Shown: piece after piece, positions 9,546 through 23,099 of the stretch
How positions within the stretch are numbered: position 1 is the stretch's first letter
Layout: every line of letters begins with the position of its first letter
Assembly (NCBI GenBank): GCA_963575745.1
Contig: CAUYUJ010000001.1
Coordinates: forward strand, 496,001 to 560,000
Reading direction: 5' to 3'
From: Prorocentrum cordatum
Lineage: Eukaryota
DNA: 64,000 bases
Notes under the pieces: generated by a model
The model's input: the letters and a program-made list of their open reading frames with translations, nothing else
Database searches by the model: none
Told to the model about the DNA's origin: nothing
Translations under genes and position numbers: made by a program

Positions 9546-11585
9546 CTTCAGTTGGTTCGGGGGGGATCTGTGGGGATTGGGGGGGTCTGTGGGCTCAGCC
9601 TCCCCATCCCTCCGACACCTCCCACCTGTTCGCGCATGGGGAGGTCAGGTCCCAGAGGAGAAGAGATGAATGCCCAGACAGCCGAATTTAGAACTCGAGG
9701 CAGGACGGTGGACGTCGACCCTGGATGATTCCTCGCCTGTGGTGAGTAAGCCCTACCTGCAGCAATGGGACACAGCAAGCCGCATACCGCAGCACAAGGC
9801 ACAGAACTGGCGAGGACACGGCGTGTCCTTCTTGAAGCAGATGTCAGTCAGCCCCTTCAGGCCACGAGCCATGCCCCAGGTCCAAGCACCACAGGATGGG
9901 TCTGCCTCGGCAGGAGGGGGGCCGAGGGACTTACATGGAGTGAGCCTCGTGGAGACTGAGACATCGGCCAACTTGTTGTGAATGACAGTTTCGATGTATC
10001 CCCCTGAACAACCCAGTACTTGCAGATCCCGTGCCCTGAGCACAGTGGACTCATGCGGTCGTGATCGGAAAAATATTGTGAGGACATGAAGGCCCCTGAT
10101 ACCCGATTTGCCAGAATTGCCGCGCTGTCCTGGGCGCTCGCTAGATATGCCACATTAGCCTTCCGGAGCCTAAACAATTTGCAGAAATCACGGTCGTTCA
10201 GTGCGCGTGGCCTCAGAGGGCGTGTCCGGCCACGTGCGCAAGACCTTTGCCGTCCAAGACGGCCCCCAAAAATTCCCGAAATCCTCCACTGGCCATCGCT
10301 CGGACGTCCATTCCCTGTGTTTTTTTCGGTTTAGTGCGTGGCTTTTTCGCAGGATGATCCAGGATGCTCCTTAATAATCCCCGCCGGGAAGTGCACACGT
10401 CTGGCCGTTACCAAATGCCCGAATTCCTCCAGAGGCCTTCTGAGAAGTCCCCCCGAGACCCGCTGGAGGCCCCCGAGGAGACCTCTGGGTACCCAAAAGG
10501 CCTCTTACAGTGGAGGCCAGTCCACTAAAAACCGTCCACGAGAAACCCAACCCTGAGACACAAGGATGTCCATGGATTTTTTGGCGTGGGAACGTCACGC
10601 TTTCCATGGCAAAAACATCGGAACTCAAGAAACCAAGGGCACCCTGGGGGCAAGCAGGGTGTTCCTTGACATGGTTTCCACTGTAGAGATACCCCGGAAG
10701 CCCACAACAGACGGGGGCGGGATGGGTTGCAGGCCACTGGACCTGTCTGAAACTTGTGGGCATGAGAGAGAACCAGAACGGGATAAGTTACTCACCCGGC
10801 TGGTATAGTGCATGGTAAAATCATTGATATCAGCAGCGGTCCAGCTTCCCTGCCCAGAAGGAGAGATTGACTTCCCCTTGCGCCCTGGCGGCAATAGGGA
10901 TCGCGCTCACGCTGCGATCTGAGAGGGTCTTACCCATCCAAGACCACGATTAAGAAGACTCGCAAGAGAATGCACGAGGACAACATTTAATCGCCAATCG
11001 TAGCCTTCGGGTTGCAAGCCTAGTAACAGGCCGCAGCCGCAATGCTTCCTGACCCAACATCGCCTCCAGGCGCAACGCTGACTAGGAACGCAGTTCTCCG
11101 CCGTGGCGTTTGCGGCGCTGTGGTGCAGCAGCCTGGCTGGTAGGTAAGAGGCGAAGTGTGCGCGCAAGCTGCGTGCGAGTGCGCCCGCCCGCTTGCCTAG
11201 CGCAGCCACCCACCCGCGGAACCTTACACAGCAGGGCTCGCCATCGCTCGGACGTCCGTCGGTCCGCGCATGCTTCGGTCACGTGCGTGTTCTCCCCGCG
11301 GGACGAGCCAAAAGGCTCCTCGAGGGTCGTCGCCGACAACAGACAGGCACACGTCCGAGCGATGCCACGAGACAGAGGCTGCGGCGCCTGCGACGACGAC
11401 GACGATCAGCGGCTGTAGCATGACATCGCTAGGCCACCGGAAGGAAACAAAACCATACGGTGTGCGCGGCTCCGTGCCAGACTTCGGGCCGCCGCCGCGC
11501 GCGCAGCCGCGACGCCAAAAGCGTGCGCGAGTGTGTGTTTGTGTGTTTGTGTGTGTGTGTGTGTCTGTGTGTGTGTGTATGTGTG

Positions 11586-11653
<68 letters not shown>

Positions 11654-11685
11654 TGTGTGTATGTGTGTGTATGTGTGTGTATGTG

Positions 11686-11761
<76 letters not shown>

Positions 11762-12203
11762 TGTGTCTGTCTGTGTGTGCGCGTGCGTGTGATTGTGTGT
11801 GCTGGCGGCGCAAACAAGGGGGTGAGGAGAAGGGGGAAGGCCTCTTCAAGGGAGGCTGCTTCTTCGAAGGCGTTGGCCTCACACCTACAGACAACTCCCG
11901 CGCCTTCTGAGAAGCAGGTTTGCTTCTAAGAGGCCTTCCCCCCTCGCCCTACCCCCCCTGCGCGTGGCCGATGTCGACCAATCGAAGGCGCACGTCCAGC
12001 CACAACGGAGGCAGCTGACCGTGCCCTGCTAAAGCGAGGATCCGAAAGGTCGGTGCTCTGGATAAGGCACGCAACCAATCAAGAGCCGCTCGATGCAGGA
12101 TCAACTAGCCCGACACGGATCCGTTAACTACTCAGAACAATCCCGCCCCTGGACGATCCCGACTCCGGCGGCCGGGGCCGCTGGCCCCGCACGTCGCCGC
12201 GGG

Positions 12204-12256
<53 letters not shown>

Positions 12257-15200
12257 AAAGAGAGAGAGAGGGGGAAACAAATAGCCTGACGAAGGGCCCA
12301 ACCATATGCAGGTGTGAGTACCGCAATTGTGACTCCCTTTTTCGGTGGTGATCCCTATGAGGCAACGAACCGTGCTAGGGGTGTGCCGAAATCAGCGGCG
12401 TGGTACACAACGCGAACGAAAACGATTTATCTGAGTACGTAGGGAGACTGAACGCGGGCGAATCTGAGCGCGAGCGCGTCTGACTGTGAATGAATATGCG
12501 TGCGAGCGAGTCTACGTGCATGAATTCGAGTATGACAAAGCACGGTGCAATTGTATATGAACGTCAATAGTTTGAGAATGACTGCCTCTGAATACTCGTG
12601 ACGGTGGGCGTGGCCGCCGCAAGGAGCTCCCCCGGGACTCCCCGACGCATCGCCCGCGCGCCGCGACGCCACCGCGAGGATCGCGCCCGCTTCCTCCCCT
12701 TCTTTTACTCCCTCTTTGCCCGCGCACTCAAAAGTCCAAGGCTGCGGTCGCAGCGCAGCGCGGAGTCCCAGCGACGCGCGCAGGTCGCCCCGGAGGGGTC
12801 CCAGCGACGCGCGCGGGTCGTCCGCTGCGCGCAGCAGAAAGAGCTAGCTGGCTGGCTGATGGCGGGCAAGGCTTTTGCCGCTGGGCACAGCGACGACGGG
12901 CGGGCGAGGCGCGGAACTCCGACGGCCTCCGACGGAGGTGTACTGGGTGGGGGAGACGCATGCAGACTGCGCCACGGGGACGTTCGGCGGAGCTCCCTAT
13001 GAGGCCACGAAACGCGTGAAGGGTGTGCCGGAATGGGTGTGCGGGACGCATGCGGGCACATCCACTGGGACCTTCGGTGGAGCTCCGTATGGGGCCACGG
13101 AACGTGTGAAGGGTTTACCGAAATGGGTGTGCGGGACGCATGCGGGCACACCCTTCGGTGGAGCTCCGTATGGGGCCTCGAAACTTGTGAGGGGTGTGCC
13201 GAAATGGGTGTGCGGGACGCATGCGGGCACACCCACTGGGACCTTCGGTGGAGCTCCCTATGGGGCCACGAAACGTGTGAGGGGTGTGCCGAAATCGGTG
13301 TGCGGGACGCATGCGGGCACACCCACAGGGACCTTCGGTGGAGCTGCCTATGGGGCCACGAAGCGTCTGAGGGGTGTGCCGAAATGGGTGTGCGGGGCGC
13401 ATGCGGGCACACCCACGGGGACCTTCGGTGGAGCTGCGTGTGGGGCCACGAAGCGTGTGAAGGGTTCACCGAAATGGGTGTGCGGGACGCATGCGGGCAC
13501 ACCCACTTGGACCTTCGGTGGAGCTCCCTATGGGGCCACGAAGCGTGTGAGGGGTGTGCCGACATGGGTGTGCGGGACGCATGGGCATACCATTGGGGCC
13601 TTCGGTGGAGCTCCGTATGGGGCCACGAAACGTGTGAGGGGTGTGCCGAAATGGGTGTGCGGGACGCATGCGGGCACACCCACTGGGACCTTCGGTGGAG
13701 CTCCCTATGGGGCCACGAAACGTGTGAGGGGTGTGCCGAAATGGGTGTGCGGGACGCATGCGGGCACACCCACTGGGACCTTCGGTGGAGCTCCCTATGG
13801 GGCCACGAAGCGTGTGAGGGGTGTGCCGAAATGGGTGTGCGGGACGCATGCGGGCACACCCACTGGGACCTTCGGTGGAGCTCCCTATGGGGCCACGAAG
13901 CGTGTGAGGGGTGTGCCGATATGGGTGTGCGGCGCATGCGGGCACACCCACTGGGGCCTTCGGTGGAGCTCCCTATGGGGCCACGAAGCGTGTGAGGGGT
14001 GTGCCGAAATGGGTGTGCGGGACGCATGCGGGCACACCCACAGGGACCTTCGGTGGAGCTGCCTATGGGGCCACGAAGCGTGTGAAGGGTTTACCGAAAT
14101 GGGTGTGCGGGACGCATGCGGGCACACCCACTGGGACCTTCGGTGGAGCTCCCTATGGGGCCACGAAACGTGTGAGAGGTGTGCCTAAATGGGTGTGCGG
14201 GACGCATGCGGGCACACCCACTGGGGCCTTCGGTGGAGCTCCCTATGGGGCCACGACACGTGTGAGGGGTGTGCCGAAATGGGTGTGCGGGACGCATGCG
14301 TGCACACCGACTGGGAGGGGGGCAGCGGGAAGGTGGGAACGCGGGGCGCTGTCTCTTCAAAACGAGGACCCAACACCACAGGATGGTTGGGAAAAAGAGA
14401 AAGAGAGAGAGAGAGAGACAGAAAGAGAGAGAGAGAAAGAGAGACGGGGGGCCGGCCTGGCACTGGGCACAGCAGGCCGAGGCGCTGGGCACGCCAGCCT
14501 GGCCGCCGCGGGGAGGGGGGGGCCATCAGAACTGGCGGCAGAGGGGGTTCGCTGAGCAGTTTCCTAGGGTGGAGGGCTCAAGGTGAAGTCTATATGGGCC
14601 TTTGCACCTCGAAAATCAGTCCGTCTTGTGACTCACCTTTTGCAGATTCAAACCCCGAAAGTCAATCGAAACGGCATTTCAGATTTCGCCCCTTTGCCCT
14701 CACCTCAAAGAAAATTCTCGGGTTCAGCCTCGCCTCCATCACAGGGGGTGCAGTTTTGGGGAGCGGAGAATGACACAAAGACAAACACTCGGAGGTCCGC
14801 GCGGATTTCTTGGATCCGCGCTGGACCTCCTTTCCTGGCGCGCTGAGCGCGCCAGGGGCGGCGCCGGAGGCGCCGCCGGGGGGGCCCCAGCGTCGATCCG
14901 AGAAATCCGCGCGGACCTCCGAGTTATTATGTTTATGTCATTGTTCGTTCCCCTCTTCATGCTTTTGGATGTTCTTGTGCATTCTGGGGAAGGAACCGCG
15001 GGATGCATCTTGGACATCCGAGAAATTATGTTTATGTCATTGTTCGCCCTAGCAGTGGCTGTGCCCGCAGATATGCCCAAGCGTGCCCCCCAAACATGGC
15101 GCCCGATCTTGTCCGAACGCGCCGGGGTGTGGTGGCCTTTTCGTTCGGTCGGGCGTATCGTATCTTCCTACAGGCGGATTGTGGACGAAAAAATAAAGAG

Positions 15201-18200
15201 AAACTGACATGCAAAAGTATTCGAAAATAGTTTGTAAAACATCGTCCCTATACGATTTTAAGACTATGTTTGAACACTACTCCTGTAGAGGGACATGCCC
15301 GACTTAAACCTTTTCGGTTCGGAACCAATGCGACCCTCGACTTCGGTCGCACTACGTGTGCTGTTGCAGACGGCACGTAAACTAAGGGCGCAGGATAAGG
15401 ATGCAAAGGGCCTTGGAAGGCCACGCCGACACTGTGCGGGCGGGGCGCGGCCAGCGCAAGCGACCAAGGATGGACCGAAGGGGAAGGATGCAGAGGTGGC
15501 CTTTGACCTGTGGACAGTTGCCCATCCTTGCTATGCGGCTTGACCGCACGACCTAAAACTTCGCTCGCACTACGTGTTCGGTCTACGTGCTCGGTTGCCA
15601 CTTCGGGATTTCGGGCACGTCTTCGGTCGCATATACGTGCTCTGGTAACGCATACCTCTTCGGCTGATGTGGGGGCTCAGCGCCAGGAACTCGTTTGCTG
15701 GGGGGCTCTGCCAATTTAGGCGCCGGCCGTGAGCTCTTGTAGAGACAGGGGCAGAGAAGTGGGGGCAGAGGGGAAGCAAGGGCGCCTAACTTCGCGCTGC
15801 GCGCTGTGCGAGTAACTTCGCGGCCTCGAGGGCACCCCCCAGACGAGAAGAGAAGGATAAAGAAGAATCGGAGCCGAACCGCGAAGCGCGAAAAACTTTA
15901 GGTCGGGCCTGTCCTCCTACAGGCGTATTTTAAACGGAAATTAAAAATAGTCAACAACTACACCAAACTAGTCAAACAATATTTTCACAATCGTCCCTAG
16001 ACTATTTTTCCGTCATTTTCTCGCATTCCTCCTGTAGAGGGACAGGCCCGACTTCAGAATAATTTCGTGCCCTCGAGGGCGCCCGGGGGTATTGGGGATG
16101 GGGGCGGGATGGGGGGGTGGCGGGAGGGGGGGCGTGGGATGGGAAAGAGGGGACTGCCTTCCTTGCCATCGCTCAGACCTCCATTCTCCATGCGTTAAAC
16201 GGCTTCGTGCGTTATCTTTGTTGGGAAGAAGACAAAGCCACGTAAACATAAACTGTTGGCGCTCCGCGCGGATTTCTTGGATCCGCGCGGAGCGCGCCAG
16301 GGGCGGCGCCAGAGGCGCCGCCAGGGGGGGCCCAGCGCGGATCCAAGAAATCCGCGCGGAACGCCAACAAAATATGTTTGTGTGGTTGTGTCTTCCTCGA
16401 TGTTTCCGCAAGCTGACCCCAAATGTTTCTCGAGGGCCCTTGCCGAGAATTATGTTGCTCCCGTCGTACTTAAGCATCACATCCCAACAATACTTTCGAG
16501 CTGCCGGAAAAGTGTCGAAACAGTGTCGAAACGGTGCCGAAACAGCGTCGGACGAGCGTCTCCCAGGGCCCGACACGTGAAAACCATTGAGTTTCGGTTT
16601 TGTTGGGGGGGGTGCTCGAAAACTGTTTGTCGTGATCAAGTCGGAAGCGGCCAAGAGGGGGGCGTCCAAGGGGAGGGGTGCAAATCATGGCCGGCGACGT
16701 GTGCGCGGCCCAGCGGAGGGGCCAGGGACGTAATGGAATAAGAAGAGGCGCCATGAGATCAGGGGGAATATCATGGCCCCCGCCATGATATCCGCCCCCG
16801 ACCCCGGAGGATGAGGAGGAGGGGGAGAAGGAGGAGGAGGAAAAGGAGGAGGCGGAGGAGGCGGAGGAGGCGGAGGAGGGGGAGGAGGAGGAGGAGAAGG
16901 AGGAGGAGGAGGGGGAGGAGGAGCAGGAGGGGGAGGAGGAGGAGGAGGAGGGGAGGAGAGGAGGAGGAGGAGGAGGAGGAGGAGGAGAGGAGGAGGAGGA
17001 GGAGGGGGAGGGAGGAGAACAAAAAAACACATAATATCAAACGTCCGAGCCATGCCAGGGCTTCTGCCCACGGCCCTCGGAGCCCTGCGCGCCTGGCCCA
17101 TGGAGGGCCTCCCTCTCCCGGCCGCGGCCCGGGGGCCGTGGCCAGGCGAGCCGGGGGGGCAGCAGGGTCGAGGGCGAGGCTCGGGGCGAACATCGGGGGG
17201 AGCGAAAGGGGGGGGACGGCAATAGGAGGAACATACAAAAACATACAAACTCGGAGGTCCGCGCGGATTTCTCGGATCGGCGCTGGGGCCCCCCGGCGGC
17301 GCCTCCGGCGCCGCCCCTGGCGCGCTCCGCGCGCCAGGGAGGGGGGTCCAGCGCCGATCCGAGAAATCCGCGCGGACCTCCGAGTTTTTATGTTTGTATC
17401 AATTCTTGTTCTCCTAAGCAAAGGGTAGGGTAGAGCATCAGCTCACGTAGCTGATTTTCCCAGCGCCTCCCGGCGCCGGGAGGCGCCCAAGTATCGAGGA
17501 ATGGGCCCTGCGTCGGGGCCGAAACCAGCTGCATGCAGCAGATTTCGTAACCCCCCTTTCACTATCCCCCTCTCTTCGTTTGGCCTTCCACAAGAAACCT
17601 TCCACAAATCTTCCACAAGAAGCCCAACCCTGAGACCCCAGGACGTCCATTGATTTTTGGTGTGGGAACGTCACGCTGTCCATAGCAGAACCACCGAAAC
17701 CCAAGAAACACATGGCACCCTGGAGGCAAGCAGGGTGATTCTTGGCATGGGTCTCCACTGTAGCCAAGGGGCGGGCGTTACACGTAACTATTCGCCTGGA
17801 GGCCTCGTCGAAGGCATGGGCGATCGGTGCCCCTGGATACGTGTATTCCAAATCCCTTATTTATCGACCCCCCCTCCAACTGCGACTTAATATTCCGGAC
17901 CCCCCTCTTCGACGGGGTGCCTTAATAAACCGGACCCCCAAAGCTCCAATCCAAAGAAACCACCCTAATAAACTGGACCCCCCCAGTTACAAAAAAGGCG
18001 CCTTCAAAACCTGGACCAGGGGGACGATGAATCAAGAATTTGGAATACCCAACCCCAGAGATTCGATGCCGTGATTGTTTCAATATTGGGCGCCCGAGTT
18101 ATCCAGGGTAACTCGGGCCCGGGGTAACTCGGGCTCGGATTCCCGAAAAACGAACCCGAGTTAGCCCTGACCCGGGTTACCCCTGATGATTCGGGGCGCT

Positions 18201-19409
18201 GGACGCCCAAATTATCCTGGGTAACTCGGGCTCGGATTCACGAAAAACGAACCCGGCTTAGCCCTGACCCGAGTTACCCCTGATGATTCGGGGCTCTGGA
18301 CGCCCAGCTTAAACTGGGTAACTCGGGCTCGGATTCTCGAAAACCGAACCCGGGTTAGCCCTGACCCGAGTTACCCCTGATGATTCGGGGCGCTGGCACT
18401 ACGGGCCCCCAGAAGTCTCGACCCATTCCCCAGGACCGGCTCTCCATCCGGCGTCGTCTCTTGACGCTCTCGCGAGGCCTGGCGAGGGCCCCTCCAGAGG
18501 CCGAGAACTGCGCAGCACCTCCGCCTTGATGACGCCCGATGCGTTGGCTACCTCTGGGCCCCGGCCCTTTCCCTCTCCCCCGAAGACGAAGCTAGGACGA
18601 GCTAGGGCTGGGCTTGTGTCTGCCCCCTCACTTCCCACAGTTTCCCGTTTCCTGGGGACCGACAGGCCATTGTGTCTGTGTTTCTGTCCTTCCTCATCCA
18701 AGAGGCCCCGAGGCCGTGAGGGCTTCTGACGAGGCCCCTGCCTTCACTGCCTTCTAACCCCTCAAGACGAAGCTAAGACGATCATAACATCGGATACGGG
18801 TAAATCGAGAAACTCTGAGGTCCGGGAGCTCTGGGGAATGCATCGGGCGCCGCGGCCTTCTCGGAGCCTTCCGGAGAGCTCCGAGAGCGTTCCGGAACGC
18901 TCTGGAACCGATCCATCCTCGCCCTAGCCCCGTCCGAGAGGGGGCGGGGGGAAGCGGCCCAGGGCCCCTGGCGTCGCTGGCCTTTCCACGGCGTGGACCC
19001 TTGAGGGCCTCGACCCCGTCCCTGGGACAGGCTGCAAACACCCCCCAAGGAGCTCCGGAGACGCGACGCCGCGCGCCTGGACAGTGACAAAAGCCTATAG
19101 GGGGAGCGGGGGGCGAGGTTGCCTGCCCCTCCTAAGGGTGAGCAACTTTGTGCGCCCTCGTTCTTTCAAACTATCCTGTGGTGCTGGGTCCCAGTCCGTT
19201 CCTTGCCTACACCCCCTCGTCCGACCCGAGAAGGGCCTCCCTCTGCCGGCCTGTGCCGGCAAAGGGCGAGCGCCCTCCTCTTGGTGCCAGCTGTCCGCCG
19301 GGCACGGCGGCCGCTCCAGAGTCGAGACGGGTCGAATCGAGTAGGAATCGCCTCCTGCTCATGCTGCTTTCTGACGTTGGCCAGACGTGAAGCTGAGTTT
19401 GTCCCGTTC
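8008..19409 (-). CDS. Candidate multi-exon host gene (micro-exons), product unknown
   Basis: Short minus-strand segments with AG acceptors and GC/GT donors that join in phase: about 19352-19409 (..NVRKQHEQE), about 18490-18551 ([20 protein letters not shown]), about 14524-14563 ([13 protein letters not shown]), about 11842-11925 (..[14 protein letters not shown]), about 9035-9058 (DRRNREVQ), about 8008-8025 (DIEELE). Boundaries are approximate and there is no homology support. Confidence 0.3.
10540..10686 (+). repeat. Dispersed repeat, second copy at about 17620-17763
   Basis: Shared CCCAACCCTGAGAC...TGGGAACGTCACGCT...GGCACCCTGG.GGCAAGCAGGGTG...CCACTGTAG. Confidence 0.85.
11530..11800. repeat. 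(GT)n/(GCGT)n microsatellite
   Basis: Directly visible. Confidence 0.95.
12950..14310 (+). repeat. Tandem array of about 15 copies of a 90-bp unit
   Basis: Unit GGGACGCATGCGGGCACACCCACTGGGACCTTCGGTGGAGCTCCCTATGGGGCCACGAAACGTGTGAGGGGTGTGCCGAAATGGGTGTGC; high identity, no unique spacers. Confidence 0.95.
14352..14397 (+). mobile_element. Conserved hairpin-plus-A-run terminus of a non-autonomous element
   Basis: TTCAAAACGAGGACCCAACACCACAGGATGGTTGGGAAAAA (CCCAAC/GTTGGG stem). Reverse-strand relatives at about 31822-31864 and about 19163-19193. Confidence 0.6.
14788..14923. mobile_element. Palindromic (fold-back) MITE core; copies at about 16250-16372, 17233-17399 and 36070-36164
   Basis: CTCGGAGGTCCGCGCGGATTTCT ... 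AGAAATCCGCGCGGACCTCCGAG, a 23-bp perfect inverted repeat around a GC-rich self-complementary centre. Confidence 0.85.
15898..16056. mobile_element. AT-rich MITE family; copies at about 15146-15307 and, inverted, at about 38164-38320
   Basis: TIR-like GTCGGGCCTGTCCTCCTACAGG ... CCTGTAGAGGGACAGGCCCGAC, with a shared internal ATCGTCCCT motif. Confidence 0.8.
17200..17580. mobile_element. Copy of the 7499-7664 MITE family with a fold-back element (TAGGAG...CTCCTA, about 17223-17416) nested in its left arm
   Basis: GCGAAAGGGGGGGG.. [insert] AGCAAAGGG..ATCAGCTCACGTAGCTGATT..GCGCCTCCCGGCGCCGGGAG. The insert is flanked by GGCAA/AGCAA. Confidence 0.7.
17844..18047. mobile_element. TA-flanked MITE (Tc1/mariner, Stowaway-like)
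   Basis: TA|TTCCAAATC ... AATTTGGAA|TA inverted ends. Confidence 0.6.
18085..18397. repeat. About 3.3 tandem copies of a 97-bp hairpin-forming unit
   Basis: GGGTAACTCGGG at 18122, 18219 and 18316; each pairs with a downstream CCCG[AG]GTTACCC. Confidence 0.9.
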
Positions 19410-19613
19410 TAAGGACGGCAGACATCGCTGAGTTAGCGGAGTGCCAACAGATTGTGCCGCGGACGGGTGCAGCGGAGGTCAGGCACAGAGAGTAGCAAAG
19501 AGTAGTAATCAGCCCGACAGGGCGAGGGCAACTCTCCTGCTGCTCCCCCGATGGTGCTCCTGCTCCGCCTCCTCCACCTCCACGACCATCCCGCCCCCTC
19601 CCGAAAAGCCCTC

Positions 19614-19640
19614 TCCGTAGCCATTGTTGGCTCAGCTCAG
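19614..19640 (+). other. Near-complete spliced-leader relic
   Basis: TCCGTAGCCATTGTTGGCTCAG(CTCAG) versus DinoSL DCCGTAGCCATTTTGGCTCAAG: one inserted G, one deleted A. ATGs follow at 19692 and 19705. Confidence 0.85.
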
Positions 19641-19689
19641 GGCGCCGAGCTGGTGGACGGCGGGCCGCCCTTGCGCGGGCGGTTGGGCT

Positions 19690-20570
19690 CCATGGGGCCC
19701 TACAATGCTGCGGCGGGCATGGAGCGGCGCTGTCCGAGGCGCCGGTGCAGCGCCCGTCTGCGGCAAGCGCCTTCGGCGCAGCCGCCGCCGTGCCGGAGGC
19801 GGGCGTGACGGGCAAGCAGCACGCCACGCTCATCGCTGCGGCTGCTCGCGGCGCTGCTCAGGGCGCCCAGTGGCAGGCCGCTGCCGGCGATGCTGCGCGA
19901 GGTGGTAGCAGTGGCCTCCTGACGCGCACGAGGAGGTGGTCCGCGGCGCGGGCGGCGGCGAGCCGTCGGTGTCCGAGGCCGAGGCCCATGTGCGCAGCGC
20001 GGGGCAGCCTGGGGCCTCCCTGGCCGCGAGGCCGGGACGCCCCGGCAGGGCGCGCCACGCGACGGGCCGCCCCGACGTGGGGCTCTGCGGCGCCACGCGC
20101 GGGCTCTCCGGGGGCGCTCCCGTCGGCCCGCGGCCGGAGCTCGAGGAGGTGCCCGTGCACGGCGAGGTCGAGAGCTGCGGGCGCGGCTCCACGAGGCGCC
20201 GACCCGGAAGGTGGCGCGGCCGGAGGCGCCCGTGGAGGAAGTCTGCGCGGAGAAGGGCATCGGCATCGAGGAGGAGCAGGTCGACGAGGAGCAGGTCTGC
20301 GCAGGAGCGAGACCCGCCGCTGCCCCACGCGCTTCACTCCATGTTGGTGCTGCAGCCTTTCGAGGGCGTGCATGGCCGTGCCACCTCACGTGAAGCCCCA
20401 ATTCACCAGCAGGTGTGGCCATGTGTGGCGCCATCGTCCGAAGTCCAACTAAGGTTGACTGCGCGGCAACGCATGGTGAAGCTCCCCATGGATATGCTGA
20501 AAGGCCTGGCAATGTTCATGGAGGTGTTGCAGAGGCTACTAACTCTCAATGGTGTGGTTGACTGACTACG
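19690..20570 (+). pseudogene. Decayed Ala/Gly-rich ORF downstream of the SL relic (retroposed transcript, possibly a LINE ORF1-like region)
   Basis: Coding-like fragments in changing frames (HATLIAAAARGAA; EAEAHVRSAG...ARHATGRPDVGL; EEVCAEKGIGIEEEQVDEE). No intact frame. Confidence 0.35.
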
Positions 20571-21639
20571 CCGAGACCCACGGCGATACTCAAAAACTCG
20601 GGGGTGTTCGTGATCGGTGTCCCGTAGAGGTCTGACAACCTGTAGCGCTCGCCATTCTCATGGCAGCGTCTATGCGCTGGTCGACCACTGCGCGGTCAGC
20701 CAGTCCCGAGCCAGCGCGATAGCAGTCGGTGGGTTCGCGTCCACCAGAAAGGCCAACGATGCCTGCAGGACCCACTGGCTTGCCCGTGCAAAGTGTTCGG
20801 CGTCGTCGCCCTTCGGCACTTCTGGCGACGCCGCGTGATTTCGTGGGCCCCCCTCCTCCTCCGCCTCCTCCACCTCCGCTTACGACTCTGCTTCCGCCTG
20901 ATCCTGCTGCTGCTTCTCTGCTTCTGTGAAAAGCGCAGCGGCCGACGTCCACGCGGAGCCTCCTTGGAGGTGTACGCCTGGCTGGCAAAGTCGACGCCTA
21001 TCTCTATCCTGGGGGGGGCGACCCTGGATTCTGTATCTTCCTACTGCGGCAGAGCAGGGATCGCGGCAGCTCCTCCTCTTCATGTAACAGCTACGATTGA
21101 TGCGACCAATACGGGCACCACGACTACGAACACAGTTATACCGACTACAACCACCATTGCTACTACGACCACCACTCTTGTCATTAGTCCAATGAGTCTT
21201 GCAATTGCTACATCTACTGCTACCACAGCAAGATCGTCGCCACATACGACGATAACTGATGCTCGGACTACGACCGCGTCTACCCCCCTACTGCACATGT
21301 TACTGTGGCTGTTACCACAAGTACCATGGCTAGTGCGAAAACTACAACTTCGGATACACCAGCGACAACAAGTACGTCAACCACAGCGGCAACAGATGTC
21401 AGCACAACGACCACCAACGTCTCTGCTACAACAACCACCCTAGGACGACTGCCAAGATTACTTCTACTACTACGGTTGATACCACAACGGCAACACATCC
21501 ACCAATCTCAGGGACAACTGCTCATAGAAACACGACCACTCCTCTCTGTCCATCTCTGTCTCTCTGTCTCACTGTCTCTCTCTCTCTCTCCCTCTCTTGC
21601 TCTCTCTCTCTCTCTCTCTTTCTCTCTCACACTCTCTGA

Positions 21640-23025
<1,386 letters not shown>

Positions 23026-23099
23026 GTACGGAAAGGCCGAAAAGGAGCACGAGCGGGTAGTCAGAAGGGAAATGGATGGGATAATTGGGGAAGAAGAGA

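Noticed and set aside
7545..9728. Long poly-Pro/Leu/Ile/Met/Glu ORFs (also at 21.5-23, 27-30 and 58 kb)
   Set aside because: They are translations of trinucleotide microsatellites.
9560..11090. Possible decayed LINE 3' region on the minus strand (CCG/CGLP-like Cys motifs)
   Set aside because: No diagnostic catalytic motif was recoverable by eye; it needs a translated search.
11300..11320. Further SL relic (minus strand GCCTTTTGGCTCG); a similar weak one near 47232
   Set aside because: Too short and degenerate to separate from chance.
12950..14310. CRISPR array or repeat-protein gene ([20 protein letters not shown])
   Set aside because: Units are contiguous with no unique spacers and no cas genes. 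Several frames on both strands are open because the unit is 90 bp, and indels shift the frames.
21040..21540. Mucin-like Thr-rich gene
   Set aside because: The Thr-rich reading switches frames and merges into an (ACT)n microsatellite, with no clear start or signal peptide.
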